Origin: Eledone cirrhosa
Lineage: Eukaryota
Assembly (NCBI GenBank): GCA_964016885.1
Contig: OZ024766.1
Coordinates: 62,001-126,000 of the forward strand
Reading direction: 5' to 3'
DNA: 64,000 nt
Shown here: positions 24,173 through 39,035 of the stretch, piece after piece
Numbering within the stretch: the first letter of the stretch is position 1
Layout of the letters: every line of letters starts with the position of its first letter
Position numbers and translations under genes: made by a program
The notes under the pieces: generated by a model
What the model was told of the DNA's origin: nothing
The model's database searches: none
Seen by the model: the letters and a program-made list of their open reading frames with translations, nothing else

Positions 24173-25350
24173 AAGATATAACACAGAAACTTGAGTGTAT
24201 GTTGTTGATGTTGTAAGGGTCTTATGGCCCTCTTTTGGGGTGGGATCTCATAGGAGATTCCTTGGGTGCCTGCCATATTGACAGGGGCGGAGTGGGGTGT
24301 GGGTTGGTTAAGTGGTTGGGGGGGGGGGGGGTCATGCCACCTCATGAGATCACTTTGACAGGATACAGGCAGAGAAAGGGAACGTAGATGGCATAAAGCG
24401 GGAACATATGCCGCAAGACGTCCTAACATACGCTCTGATAATTCCGTCATATGCCCCCCCCCCCCCCCAACACCTTCCTGCTACAAGTAGTGTTTTAGAC
24501 ATCGTCTCCCCCCCCCCCCCCCAACGAAGAAAGTAAAAAAAATTGACCGACCACCACCGCCAACACCCCCCACTCCGCCACCACCATCACTACCCCCCAA
24601 ACACAACCCGCCCCACCACCATCACTACCCCCCAAATACAACCCACCCCACCACCATCACTACCCCCCAAACACAACCCGCCCCCTCACCATCACTACCC
24701 CCCCATCACAACCCCCCCCACCACTACATAACATCCATTTATCTATCGTCTGCCTGTGTTAAAATGGCCGCGAGGTGTTTATTTGATGTGTATATGTGTG
24801 TGTGTGTATGTGTGTGTATATGTGTGTGTGTGTATGTGTATGTGTGTGTATGTCTATATGTGTGTATATATGTCTATATATGTGTATATATGTCTATATA
24901 TGTCTATATATGTCTATATGTGTGTATATATGTCTATATATGTGTGTATATATGTGTATATATGTCTATATATGTGTATATATGTCTATATATATGTGTG
25001 TATATATGTCTATATATGTGTATATATGTCTATATGTGTGTATATATGTCTATATGTGTGTATATATGTCTATATATGTGTATATATGTCTATATATGTG
25101 TGTATATATGTCTATATGTGTGTATATATGTCTATATGTGTGTATATATGTCTATATATGTGTATATATGTGTATATATGTCTATATGTGTGTATATATG
25201 TCTATATATGTGTATATATGTCTATATATGTGTATATATGTGTATATATGTGTGTATATATGTGTGAAGAATATAACAGAAGATATGTCTGTGAGAGTGT
25301 GTGACTGTGTGTAGATGTAGGTATTAAATTCATGATAAACTAGGCTGTTG

Positions 25351-25381
<31 letters not shown>

Positions 25382-25918
25382 ACATATATGTGTATGTTGT
25401 CTGTGTGTATATATGTATATATGTTTGTGTAAATATGTATGTGTATATATATATGTACATATATATGTATGTATGTATTTGTACACATATATATGTGTAT
25501 GTATAGGTACATATATATATATGTATGTGTGTATGTATGTATGTATATGTACATATATATGTGTATGTATGTATGTATATGTACATATATATATATATAT
25601 GTATGTATGTATATATACATATATATATGTGTGCGTATGTATGTATGTATATGTACTATGTATTTATATATGTATGTATATGTATGTATATATGTGTATA
25701 TATATATATGTATGTATATGTATATATATGTATGTATATATGTGTGTATATATATATATATGTATGTATGTGTACATATATATGTATGTATATATGTGTG
25801 TATATATATATATATGTATGTATGTGTACATATATATGTATGTATATATGTGTGTATATATATATATATGTATGTATGTGTACATATATATGTATGTATA
25901 TATGTGTATATATATATG

Positions 25919-26055
<137 letters not shown>

Positions 26056-26076
26056 ATATATATATATATATGTATG

Positions 26077-26147
<71 letters not shown>

Positions 26148-26195
26148 ATGTATATATATATATGTATATATATATATGTATATATATATATGTAT

Positions 26196-26227
<32 letters not shown>

Positions 26228-26631
26228 GTATATGTATGTATATGTACATATATATGTATGAATATATATGTATATATGTATATGTACATATGTATGTATA
26301 TATATATATATGTATGTATCAAATTCGGTCGCAGATAACTTGAGACTGTTCTGTTAGATATTGAGTTCAACTCCTCAATGAAAATGTCTCGTATTTAAAC
26401 TGGATTTGAAGCGACTGGTTCGCTCTGCAGTTGTTTGGTTAACAATTGAGGTCAGGAGTGGTGCTCCCTATCAACTCAACTATGGCGTATCTTTAGTTCA
26501 AATGGTATATCGTGCAATGGCCATACTCGATAACGAGGGGGCAGCCATCATGTATGTATGTATGTGTGTGTGTGTGTGTGTGTGTGTATATTATATATGA
26601 TGGCTGCATATATATATATATATAAATATAT

Positions 26632-26665
<34 letters not shown>

Positions 26666-26668
<3 letters not shown>

Positions 26669-26700
26669 GTTTCAGAATGTAGTCTTTCTTCAGGAAAATT
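26666..26700 (-). ncRNA. Minimal hammerhead core, stem I 3' strand lost
   Basis: Reverse complement CTGAAGA-a-AGA ctacat TCT-GAAA-CG-T-C^, running into (CT)n. Same layout as 44126. Confidence 0.5.
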
Positions 26701-27167
26701 CGGATATGGGAGGAAAAGATGCACGAAAGAGTCGCAAGAGAAAGTTAGGGAAGGAAATTAAAAAAAATGAAAAAAATGTAAGAAAATAATAGGAGGGGGT
26801 GTATAGGTCCAGTGGGGAGGGGGGGGGGGTAGTAGGAGTGGCATGTTTGGGGTAGTGTGTTGAGCTTCAAAATGGCTTCAGTGTTATATGAAGAAAAGTC
26901 TGCCGCGTTGCGGGTAGAAACTTCAAATATTTTTCTGAATCCTTTACAATAGATTTGACAACTTTTTGGGCGTGTGTCTGTGTGTGTGTCAGTTTGGTAC
27001 ACACACGTGTGTATGTGTGTGTGTCAGTTTGATACACACACACGTGTGTGTGTGAGGGAGGGATGTATGTGTGTGATGGGGGGAGGGAGAGGTAGTTTTT
27101 CAAATGACATTTCTTGTTTGAGAGCTGGCCTACATATTATATACCCTGCCGATCAACACACACACAC

Positions 27168-27215
<48 letters not shown>

Positions 27216-27284
27216 CTGAATGTGTGTATATATACATACACATATATATATATACATATACACGTACATATGTATATATATATG

Positions 27285-27320
<36 letters not shown>

Positions 27321-27369
27321 AATGTGTGTATATATACATACATATATATACATATACACGCACACTTGA

Positions 27370-27405
<36 letters not shown>

Positions 27406-27548
27406 TTTCTGAATTTGTTTAGCAAGATTCTTTATCTGAAAACGTGTGTTGAAACCGATATTGTTATACTTTGGGAGGGTCATGTTGACAATGAGAAACA
27501 CACGCACCAGTTGCTTTCACTTCAATTTATTATAATAAATTTATAAAT

Positions 27549-27611
<63 letters not shown>

Positions 27612-27690
27612 GTATATATAATATACTCACGTGCACGTGTGAATAACATTAACTGCACTACCACACATATATACCGTGTGTGTGTATATA

Positions 27691-27743
<53 letters not shown>

Positions 27744-27944
27744 TAATTCTTTATAATTATCTCCAAATTATTTTGTAGAACAAAAATTTGCCTAAATTAC
27801 TATTGTGGTTCATCGTAACATTTTGGCTTCTGTCTTTTTAACAACCCACCCCTCACTGATTAACCTCGATGTCACGTGATTGGTTCTTTTGAATTTGCCA
27901 CTGACCGGGAAGGCAGTGAAATTTTCACTGTCTTGAAATTTAGA

Positions 27945-28260
27945 AGCAACCGTCTCCAACTGACCCGGTTGGGTCCCCAAAGCGAGACCAGCCAAGCTCA
28001 GGGATGTTATCCAACTGTCTTACTCGGGAGTCTACCCCTAGGTCTATTTCCGGCTGGTTTTGCCCCCGTAAACTCTGTCCAGCGATTCTTTCTTGAGACA
28101 TTCTAACCACATGTCCATAGTATCAGAGCTGTGATCTCTCAATTCGGAGAAGTAGCGGCTCTACCTGGAGTGACTCTCTCTCATCTCCGAATCCCACACT
28201 TCATCAAGTAGCGCTACTCCAAAGGCCCTTCTGAGGAACCCTATTTTGGCCGCTTATATT
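27945..28260 (-). mobile_element. RTE-clade LINE 3' fragment
   Basis: The reverse complement encodes RIERSQL*YYGHVVRMSQERIAG..RPRGR-like motifs. Confidence 0.7.
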
Positions 28261-28801
28261 CGCGAACGTATTCTTCCAGACATTACCCAAGATTCATTAC
28301 CATATGTAAGGGTTGGAACCGGTCGTAAGTCAATTAAGTTATTTACTAAAATCCTTGTTAATCTTTATTCGTTATTTGTATCTGCTCCGTGATATTGGAA
28401 ATTTAACAATTGGGAATTTATCGATTGGATTAAACTCTGAACTGTCTTTTACCTATCTTGTTGTGGACTATAAAATCACATTTGAACTTTGACATATTCT
28501 CTGGCTTTATATGGTTGTGTTATCAACTTAATCTTGTTTATATTGATGGGTGCAACTCTATTTCGACGTAACCTATAGTCAGCAATACCATGCATCGCAA
28601 AACATGTCACATATCCAGCAATGACCCAGCTTGAAGCTTATAAAAATATAACAATATACTGAAGCGAAAACCAAACCAAACAGTGAGTTTGTTTTACTAT
28701 TATTTGGCAATATTATAACAACATAACCCTCCCCCAAGTATAACAATATCTGTTTCGACACACGATTTCATATAAAAACCTTGCAAAACAAATACATCGC
28801 T

Positions 28802-28895
<94 letters not shown>

Positions 28896-29581
28896 ATATG
28901 TATATATATAGTAATAATAATAAAATTGAAGACTAAAATCCAAAGAGGGCTCGATAAGGAAAATATATATCAAATATATAAGAACCGTAGAGCAAATATT
29001 TATTAAAATAACAGATTTTTATATATATATATATATATAGCTTTTTGCCCATATGAGTCTGTGAGTATTGATTTATTATTTTCTAGATCGTACAGGCAGA
29101 CCTTATGTTGTTGAATTAAGATTTTTCACTCTAGCGATCTTATTAGTCAATTGCAACTATAACATGTAAATGTTCATCAAATATTAATTTATACTGCTCA
29201 GAAGCGATTCCTAGGGCTGAAATGATTGTAAATGACCTCCTTGAGTCTAAACTTTAAGCTATTTATTTATTTATGTATATATATATATATATAATCAAAC
29301 TAAATTTCAAAAAATTTCACTTTATTTTTGAGATTCGAAACCGATTCGGTAAAGGTAACCATAGTGAGTACAGTGAAATTTTTTGAAATTTATTTTGAAA
29401 CTTTTTCTTATTTGCTAAACCTTGATTATATATGTTCTGGCTTGTCAATTTATTAACCTGCCATTGAACCATATTGGCATACGGTTGGACAATACATGTG
29501 TCCCTGGACGCTTTTTGCGTGTAGGGATATATACTTTATTATTATTATATATATATTATTATATATATATATATATATATA

Positions 29582-29800
29582 GGAAGGCGTGTGGCTGAGT
29601 GGTTAGAGTATTGGATTCACAATTGTGAGGTTGTGAGTTCGATTCCTGAACCAGGCGATGCGTTATGTCCTTGAGCAAGACACTTTACTTCACGTTGCTC
29701 CTTCTACCTGGAGTTGCGACCGATAGATAGTATTAGCAATTGGAAAGACCAACGGAAACATTGTTTCCTCGGTCCGATTTGACTAAAAAAAGTCGATCGA
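29582..29800 (+). mobile_element. tRNA-derived SINE family B, full length
   Basis: A-box TGGCTGAGTGG, B-box GAGTTCGATTCC, CTTGAGCAAGACACTTTA, 3' hairpin GACC..GGAAAC ATT GTTTCC..GGTC. Confidence 0.85.
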
Positions 29801-29816
29801 CTGGAAACAAATATAT

Positions 29817-29958
29817 AGGAAAAGAGTCAGGACACCGACGGCTGAGCTCCGGCCGTTTCGACAGCTAGATTCGAACTAAACCACCTGGACTATCACCCAC
29901 TCTACTACCCTAAGTATTGAGTACTCTGGTGCGTTATGGTCCATCTGGTATCTTACAC
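29817..29958. mobile_element. Family P element, rearranged (one arm plus inverted tail)
   Basis: GGAAAAGAGTCAGGACACCGACGGCTGAGCTCCGGCCGTTTCGACAGCTAG, then the reverse complement of the tail. Confidence 0.75.
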
Positions 29959-30029
29959 ACACACGTGTGTGTGAGTGTTATCACAGACGGCGAACCACTT
30001 CTTTTTTTCTTTCCTGCTTTTCTTTCTTC

Positions 30030-30690
30030 ATCCCCTTTTTCTTCTTTTTTTTCTCCTTTTTCTTCTTTTTTTCTCCTTTTTCTTCTTTTTTCTCCTTTTT
30101 CTTCTTTTTTCTCCTTTTTCTTCCTTTTTTCTCTTTTTTCTCCTTTTTCTTCCTTTTTTCTCTTTTTTCTCCTTTTTCTTCTTTTTTCTCCTTTTTCTTC
30201 CTTTTTTCTCTTTTTTCTCCTTTTTCTTCTTTTTTCTCCTTTTTTTTCCCTTTTTTCTCTTTTTTCTCCTTTTTCTTCTTTTTTCTCCTTTTTCTTCCTT
30301 TTTTCTCTTTTTTCTCCTTTTTCTTCTTTTTTCTCCTTTTTCTTCTTTTTTCTCCTTTTTCTTCCTTTTTTCTCTTTTTTCTCCTTTTTCTTCTTTTTTC
30401 TCCTTTTTCTTCCTATTTTCTCTTTTTTCTCCTTTTTCTTCTTTTTCTTTATTTCTCCTTTTTTTCTCCTTTTTCTTCTTTTTCTTTATTTCTCCTTTTT
30501 TTCTCCTTTTTCTTCTTTTTTCTCCTTCTTTCTCTTCTTTTTTCTCCTTTTTCTTCCTATTTTCTCTTTTTTCTCCTTTTTCTTCTTTTTTCTCCTTTTT
30601 CTTCCTATTTTCTCTTTTTTCTCCTTTTTCTTCTTTTTCTTTATTTCTCCTTTTTTTCTCCTTTTTCTTCCTTTTTCTTCCTTTTCCTCT
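30030..30690. repeat. Polypyrimidine (TTTTTCTCC/TTC)-type repeat
   Basis: Direct reading. Confidence 0.95.
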
Positions 30691-31258
30691 CTGCCCCCCC
30701 CCCCCCCCCCCCCCCCGCCTGTCGTCTGCTGTTGTTACAGAAAATATTTGCTTTACCTTTGACTATCTCCGCCATCTCTCGGGTTTCCTTATTAGTCTCT
30801 CATTAAGTCTAACCGTAAAATAAGCTGCTATTACACCTCCACCTCCTCCTCCACCTCCACCACACCTCCTCCACCTCCACCACACCTCCTCCACCTCCAC
30901 CACACCTCCACTACACCTCCTCCATCACCCTCACACCACTACACCTCCTCCCCCGCTCTCTCCGTCTTTCCCTTTCATCCTCCTCTCTCTCTTTCATCCT
31001 CCTCTCTCTCTCTCTCTTTCATCCTCCTCTCTCTCTCTCTCTTTCATCCTCCTCTCTCTCTCTTTCTCTCCAACTGTCCGTATGTTTTTTCAACTATTTC
31101 GCTCTCTCTCTCTACCTGTCTTTCTTATTCTCTCTCTCTCTACCTGTCTTTCTTATTCTCTCTCTTTTATTCTCTCTCTCTCTCCCTCTCTCTACCTGTC
31201 TTTCTTATTCTCTCTCTTTTATTCTCTCTCTCTCCCTCTCTCTACCTGTCTTTCTTAG

Positions 31259-31290
<32 letters not shown>

Positions 31291-31482
31291 TCTACCTGTC
31301 TTTCTTATTCTCTCTCCATTAACACCATATTTCCGTTACCTCTATTTACGTTCTGAGGTTAGCTTTGTCTTTCATTCTTGATAGAAGAAAGTACCAGTAA
31401 TGCACTGGGGTCGTTGATTTAATCGACTTTCCCCTCTTTTCTTTCAAATTGTTGGTCTTAAAACCATTATTATTGTTATTTT

Positions 31483-31925
31483 ACGGACTGAGTTCAAATC
31501 CCGCCGAGGTTAACTTTGCCTTTCATCCTTACAGGGTCGAGAAAATAAAGTACCAGTAATACACTGAGATAATTGCTGGCCTTGTGCCAAAAGTAGAAAC
31601 AATTATTACAGGGTTGATAAAATAAAGTACCAGTAATACACTGGGGTAATTGCTGGCCTTGTGCCCCCAAAAGTAGAAACAATTATTATTATTGTTGAGA
31701 GGGCAGTGGATCAGTAGTATCGGTAGAGCCTCAGACAATGCTCTTTGCGGCATGGAGTTATGTCTCTTTACGTTCTAAGTTGAAATTATAATTATTAGAA
31801 AAATGCAATATTTTATTTGTTAACTTAGCGATGTCGATAAAATAAAGTACCAGTGACATAGTGGGGTCGATTTAATAGACTTTCCCCTTTACCGTCATAT
31901 TGCTGGCCTTGTGCTTTAATAAGAA
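31483..31925 (+). mobile_element. Cluster of partial or diverged SINE family A copies
   Basis: GAGTTCAAATCCCGCCGAGG...AGTAGAAACA repeated. Confidence 0.75.
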
Positions 31926-31927
31926 AC

Positions 31928-31961
<34 letters not shown>

Positions 31962-32473
31962 GTTGTTGTTGAACCCCAGGTCAGCGGTTAACAGGTTAAC
32001 CTGTAATCCAAGATGGTTTCTAAGAATGTATCTACGTGAATATCGGATGTTTGAGATGCTTTAAATATTTTCTCTGTTTTCATGAATGGCGTGTTGTGTT
32101 TGAAAGGTGTGGTGTGTCGGAATGTAGGAAGTAATTGAGATATGTGGACGACGGCCCCTGTGACCACGGGTTCAAATCCCGGCTGAGGCGTTGATTTGTG
32201 TCCTTCAACAATACACCTTCTTTTCACATGGGTTCCTTTTAATCCAGTCCAGATGGAAAACAAAACAAATATGTTGTAATGAATAACACCAGGGCCGAGA
32301 TGTATACATCATATATTGTGTATATAAGGTGTGTGTATATATATATATCTATATATATATATATATACACCTTATTTACACAATATAGAATATATCCTAG
32401 AAACGATCGTAAAATGATGAATTTTTTAATATAAGGAACTGTTTTCTTTGTTTTTATTCATTATTTTTATTAA

Positions 32474-32522
<49 letters not shown>

Positions 32523-32571
32523 TAAAAATAATGAATAAAAACAAAGAAACAGTTCCTTATATTAAAAAATT

Positions 32572-32939
32572 CATCATTTTACGATCGTTTCTAGGATATA
32601 TTCTATTCTAAGGCGGGTAAAATTACAGAGATCCATGGACGAGTTCTCTCCAGCGGTCTCTGTCCCTCATTATCGCTGCCATGTCCTGCGTCTCCAATAG
32701 ACCAGTGTCTGTCCTTAGGGCATCAACATACGTTAACCTTGGTCTTCCACTTCTCGTGTGTCCATGTAGGGGCTCCCAAAGGAGCACTGAGTGCAATGTC
32801 AACTCTGGATGTCGGTGAGCATGTTTAGGATATATGTGTGTGTTAGTATGTATATTATATAGATCTATGTCAAATTTTTACAAACTATCAGAGGGAATAT
32901 ACATACCTACACATATATATGCTGTCTTCAGAAATGATG
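32572..32939 (-). ncRNA. Hammerhead motif split by a LINE insertion in stem II
   Basis: Reverse complement CATCATTT-CTGAAGA-[long stem II + insert]-GAAA-CGATCG-T-A^-AAATGATG. Perfect 8-bp stem I and palindromic stem III. Confidence 0.75.
32602..32825 (-). mobile_element. 5'-truncated RTE-like LINE with a 10-bp target-site duplication
   Basis: Reverse complement HAHRHPELTLHSVLLWEPLHGHTRSGRPRLTYVDALRTDTGL..MRDRDRWR with a TAGAA-repeat tail. TAGGATATAT occurs at 32592-32601 and 32826-32835. Confidence 0.8.
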
Positions 32940-33549
32940 ATTTATCTACATGTAGTATATATATATATATATGTAGATATATATATACATGTAGATATGA
33001 TACATCAAATAAAATCGTAACTGACAATATACACAGAAATTGAACGAAGACTGTGTTACACTGTCTTATGTAATCAGTGACATAATCCATGATACATTAA
33101 AAAAGACGATATTATATATAAACTGCATTAGGAGAAAATTAGTGATAGAAAATTAGTATGTTTATTTAAGTGATTGCCACCGGAAGTGTTGACATTTGAA
33201 AATTTTAAAGAAGTGAATCTTTAAATAAGCAATAAAATATATTTAATGAACAGCCACGAAATTTAGTAGATAAATTATGTAATATTCATTCATTATTTAT
33301 TCGAAGTAATCCAACTTATTTTACTGATGGGATAAAAAAATTATAAACCGTACGCAGTCCCGCGCTTACATTATTATAGTTTAGATTTATGTATGTGTGT
33401 GTATACATATATATGTATACATATATATATGTGTGTGTGTGTGTGTGTACCTATATATGTATCTGTGTGTATATACATATGTATATGTGTATTTTTTATT
33501 ATCGTGCAATGGGCATACTCGATGAGGGGGCAGCCCTCATAAATGTAAG

Positions 33550-33589
<40 letters not shown>

Positions 33590-33600
33590 TATATATATAT

Positions 33601-33962
33601 AACCAAAGATTAATATGGTTCGTTGATTAATCAACAAATACAATTTTACCATAGATTAGAAGCACTCGACTGGAGATTTTCCTGGAGTTTTTAATATTAT
33701 TCAAGATGTTAATAAATGAAAAATATTCTCATAATCAAAATATACATTTTATTATACGTATTTCAAAGGTACAATGGTGTTTAAGTACGTTTTCATCAGA
33801 CAAAATATAAGATTTGATATGTCACAAACCGCTACGGTCTTGATTATTCAATTCCATTTTGAATAATATTAAACATTCCAGGAAAATATCTCGCCGAGTG
33901 CTTCTAATCTATTGTAAAATTGTATTCGTTGATTAATCACCGAACCATATTAATCTCTGGTT
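33601..33962. mobile_element. Inverted repeat (about 105-bp arms) enclosing a hammerhead
   Basis: 33601-33705 is the imperfect reverse complement of 33857-33962. (TA)n flanks. Confidence 0.75.
33743..33807 (-). ncRNA. Minimal type-I hammerhead ribozyme motif
   Basis: Reverse complement TATTTTGT-CTGATGA-[AAAcGTAC..GTACcTTT]-GAAA-TACGTA-T-A^-ATAAAATG. Confidence 0.8.
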
Positions 33963-33986
33963 ATATATATATGTATATATATATAC

Positions 33987-34044
<58 letters not shown>

Positions 34045-34089
34045 TTATATATATATTTATATATATATTTATATATATATTTATATATA

Positions 34090-34226
<137 letters not shown>

Positions 34227-34235
34227 TTATATATA

Positions 34236-34326
<91 letters not shown>

Positions 34327-34351
34327 TTATATATATATTTATATATATATT

Positions 34352-34382
<31 letters not shown>

Positions 34383-34447
34383 ATATATATATTTATATAT
34401 TTATATATATTTATATATATTTATATATTTATATATATTTATATATT

Positions 34448-34496
<49 letters not shown>

Positions 34497-34941
34497 ATAT
34501 ATATATATTTATATATATTTATATATATATATGTGTATATATATGTATGTATATATATATGTATATGTATGTATATATGTATATATATGTATATGTATGT
34601 ATATGTATGTATATATGTATATATATATGTATGTATATATGTCTATATATGTATGTATATATATGTATATATATATATGTATGTATGTATATATATGTAT
34701 ATATATATATGTATGTATATATATATATGTATATATATATATGTATGTATATATATATATGTATGTATATATATATATATATGTCTATATATGTCTATAT
34801 ATGTCTATATATGTCTATATATGTATATATATGTCTATATATGTATATATATGTCTATATATGTATATATATGTCTATATATGTATATATATATGTATAT
34901 ATGTATATATATGTATATATGTATATATATGTATATATATG

Positions 34942-34990
<49 letters not shown>

Positions 34991-36601
34991 CATCACCAAC
35001 CAATAAAGCTCTTCACTGGAAATTCTCACACTTCCCTCACTCACCCGCTCCACCTCCAGTGCCGTCCTCACATTACACCCCCACCCCACCTCCACTGCCG
35101 TCCACCCCCGCCCCCACCTCCACTGCCGTCCACCCCCGCCCCCACCTCCACTGCCGTCCACCCCCCCGCCGCACCATCTCCAGCTGGTGCTCCTTACCCA
35201 GTCCTCACCCTTAATATATCAGCGGGGTAGAAGCCGTTGTCTTTCTCCCGCCTCCCTTCCAAAGACCACCCACCCCGTGTACTGCCGGGGCTTGGTGGAG
35301 GCCACCCCGTCACCCTTCCTTGCTAGGGTGGAGGTGCTGGTGGAGGGTGGTGACTTTTGAGGTGGTGTTGGTGGTGTTGGTTGGTGGTGGTGTTGTTGAT
35401 GTAGTGGTGTCGTCATGATGGTATTGGTGGAGGAGGAGGGGGGGGGGCGCTGGTGTTGGGGGAACAAACTTTAGTGTCATAGTAACACCACCACCACTTC
35501 CATCGCCACCACCACCATCACCGCCACTACCACTACCACGACCACCACCACCACCACTACCACCACCACCACCACCACCACCACCACCACCACTACCACC
35601 ATCGCCACCACCACTACCACCACCACCACTACCACCGCCACCACCACCACCACCACTACCACCATCGCCACCACCACCACCACTACCACTACCACCACCA
35701 CTACCACCACTACCACCACCACCACCACTTCCACCACCACCACCACCACCACTACCACCGCCACCACTACCACCGCCACCACCACCACCACCACTACCAC
35801 CGCCACCACTACCACCGCCACCACCACCACCACCACTACCACCGCCACCACCACTACCACCACTACCACCGCCACTACCACCACCACCACCACCACCACC
35901 ACCACCACTACCACCACTACCACCGCCACCACCACCACTACCACCACTACCACCGCCACTACCACCACCACTACCACTACCACCACCACTACCACTACCA
36001 CCACCACCACCACTTCCACCACTACCACCACCACTTCCATCAAAACGACCATTAACACCCCCGCCCCCACTACCACCACCACCACACAGAAGTTCGTATC
36101 CCTTAATGTATTTCTCAGGGAGATTCAGCAGGCCAAGTGTGTGACAAGGCTGCGTCATACGTACAATGAGATGGGCTTCCAAGCAGCTGCTGCCTACCCA
36201 AATCTGGCTCCACCGGGACAGATGATGTAGTGGAACACGTGACCTCGGCCCCTGGGTGGCAATAAAGGGACCAGAAGACTTGGGTAGGGAACAAGGCAGG
36301 TTGTCAGAGGTCGAGGAATTTAATGTATATATATATGTATATATATGTGTGTGTGTGTATGTATATATGTGTGTGTGTGTGTATATATATATGTGCGTGT
36401 GTGTGTATATATATGTATATCTGTGTATATATATGTATATATGTGTGTGTGTGTGTGTATATATATGTGTGTGTGTGTGTGTGTATATATATGTATATGT
36501 GTGTATATATATGTATATATATGTGTGTGTGTGTGTATATATATATGTGTGTGTGTGTGTGTATATATATATATGTATATATATGTGTGTATATATATGT
36601 C

Positions 36602-36633
<32 letters not shown>

Positions 36634-37242
36634 CATATATATATGTGCATGCGTCTATATATGTATACATATATACGTGTATATATATGTGTGTGTGTGT
36701 GTGTATATATATGTGTGTGTGTGTGTGTGTGTATATATATGTATATGTGTGTATATATATGTATATATATGTGTGTGTGTGTATATATATGTGTGTGTGT
36801 GTGTATATATATATATGTATATATATATGTGTGTATATATATGTCTGTGTGTGTATATATATATATATATATACATATATATATGTGCATGCGTCTATAT
36901 ATGTATACATATATACGTGTATATATATGTGTGTGTGTGTGTGTGTATATATATGTATATATATGTGTGTGTGTGTATATATATATATGTGTGTGTGTGT
37001 GTATATATATATATGTATATATATGTGTGTATATATATGTCTGTGTGTGTATATATATATATATATATACATATATATATGTGCATGCGTCTATATATGT
37101 ATACATATATACGTGTATATATATGTGTGTGTGTGTGTGTGTATATATATGTATTGTGTATATATATACATATATATATGTGCATGCGTCTATATATGTA
37201 TACATATATACGTGTATATATATGTGTGTATATATATGTCTG

Positions 37243-37279
<37 letters not shown>

Positions 37280-38323
37280 GAGCATGCGTCTATATATGTA
37301 TACATATATACGTGTATATATATGTGTGTGTGTGTGTGTATATATATATATGTATATATATGTGTGTATATATATATGTCTGTGTGTGTATATATATATA
37401 TATATATACATATATATATGTGCATGCGTCTATATATGTATACATATATACGTGTATATATATGTGTGTGTGTGTGTGTGTATATATATGTATTGTGTAT
37501 ATATATACATATATACCCACATATATATGAGAGAAAGGAGACTGTTAAGAAAAGGGAGAGCTATGCGACAGTTACGAACCCCCTAGCGCGGCGATGGGGG
37601 CGACTTAACGGCCCTTTAGGGAGTTGACAAATATTTTTATTTACGGCGTGAGGGTCGGGGGTGGGGGGGTGGGTTGAAGGTGAGGCTGGGGGAGGAGGAA
37701 GTGTTGGGCAGAGGGGGTGATGAAGACGTGGAGGGGTGGGGGAAGAATTATGGGGGTGGGTGGGGGTGGGCGGAGGAGTGGGGGGGGGCGGTGAGGGGTG
37801 GAGGAAGTATTGGAGAGTGATGGTAGGGGCAGAGTGGAGGTGTCAGGAGTTATAGGAAAGGAAAGTGAGAGAGGGGGGGTAGAAAGACAGATAGGGAGGG
37901 GGAGAGAGTGGGGGAAAGAGAGACAGAGATAGAGGGGGAGAGAGGGGGAAGAGAGAGAGGCGGTAAAGAGAGAGAGAGAGAGGGGGGGAGAGACAGAGAT
38001 AGAGGGGGAAGAGAGAGGGAGAAGTGAGAGAGGCGGTAAAGAGAGAGAGAGAGGGGGAAGAGAGGGAGACAGAGAGAGAGGAGGAAGAGAGAGAGAGGGA
38101 AGAGAGAGGGAGAAGAGAGAGAGGCGGTAAAGAGAGAGGGGGAAGAGAGAGAGAGAGAGAGAGACAGAGAGAGAGGGGGAAGATGAGGGGGGGGGGAGAG
38201 ACAGAGAGAGAGGGGGGAAGAGAGAGAGAGAGAGAGGGGGGGGGGAGACAGAGAGAGAGAGAGGAGGAAGAGAGACAGAGAGAGAGGGGGGTAAAGAAGT
38301 GGTTACAACGATATCAATAATCT

Positions 38324-38664
38324 TTGTTTCTACTTTAGGCACAAGGCCAGCAATTACCCCAGTACATTACTGGTACTTTATTTTATCGACCCCCATAAGG
38401 ATGAAAGGCAAAGTTAACCTCGGCGGGATTTGAACTCAGAATGGCAAGGGCCGTAACTCTATGCGTCAAAGCATGGCGTCCGGCGCTCTACCGATTCTGC
38501 CAACCCACACAATCGATATAATTAGATTTTATGAGGAATTAAGGTTGCAAGTACACTTTAGCTTATTATATTACAACCAGTCAATTATATACATAGAGTT
38601 ACGGCCCTCGCCATTCTGAGTTCAAATCCCGCGAGGTTGACTTTGCCTTTCATCCTTACGGGGT
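38324..38664. mobile_element. Two SINE family A copies, head to head (38324-38506 on -, 38592-38664 on + into the gap)
   Basis: Sequence identity to the family. Confidence 0.8.
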
Positions 38665-38864
38665 NNNNNNNNNNNNNNNNNNNNNNNNNNNNNNNNNNNN
38701 NNNNNNNNNNNNNNNNNNNNNNNNNNNNNNNNNNNNNNNNNNNNNNNNNNNNNNNNNNNNNNNNNNNNNNNNNNNNNNNNNNNNNNNNNNNNNNNNNNNN
38801 NNNNNNNNNNNNNNNNNNNNNNNNNNNNNNNNNNNNNNNNNNNNNNNNNNNNNNNNNNNNNNNN
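38665..38864. other. Assembly gap (200 N)
   Basis: Run of n. Confidence 1.
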
Positions 38865-39002
38865 ATATATATATATATATACATATACACATATATATAT
38901 ATATTATATATACATATATATATTTATATACACATACACATACATATATATACATACATACATATATCTACATATACATACATACATACATACATACATA
39001 CA

Positions 39003-39035
<33 letters not shown>

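Noticed and set aside
28275-29365. Possible hammerhead relics (GAACCGGTC at about 28316, GAAACCGATTCGGTA at about 29337)
   Set aside because: No recognisable CUGANGA. Too degenerate to call.
29582-29655. tRNA gene
   Set aside because: It is a tRNA-like SINE head continuing into a multicopy body, with no complete cloverleaf.
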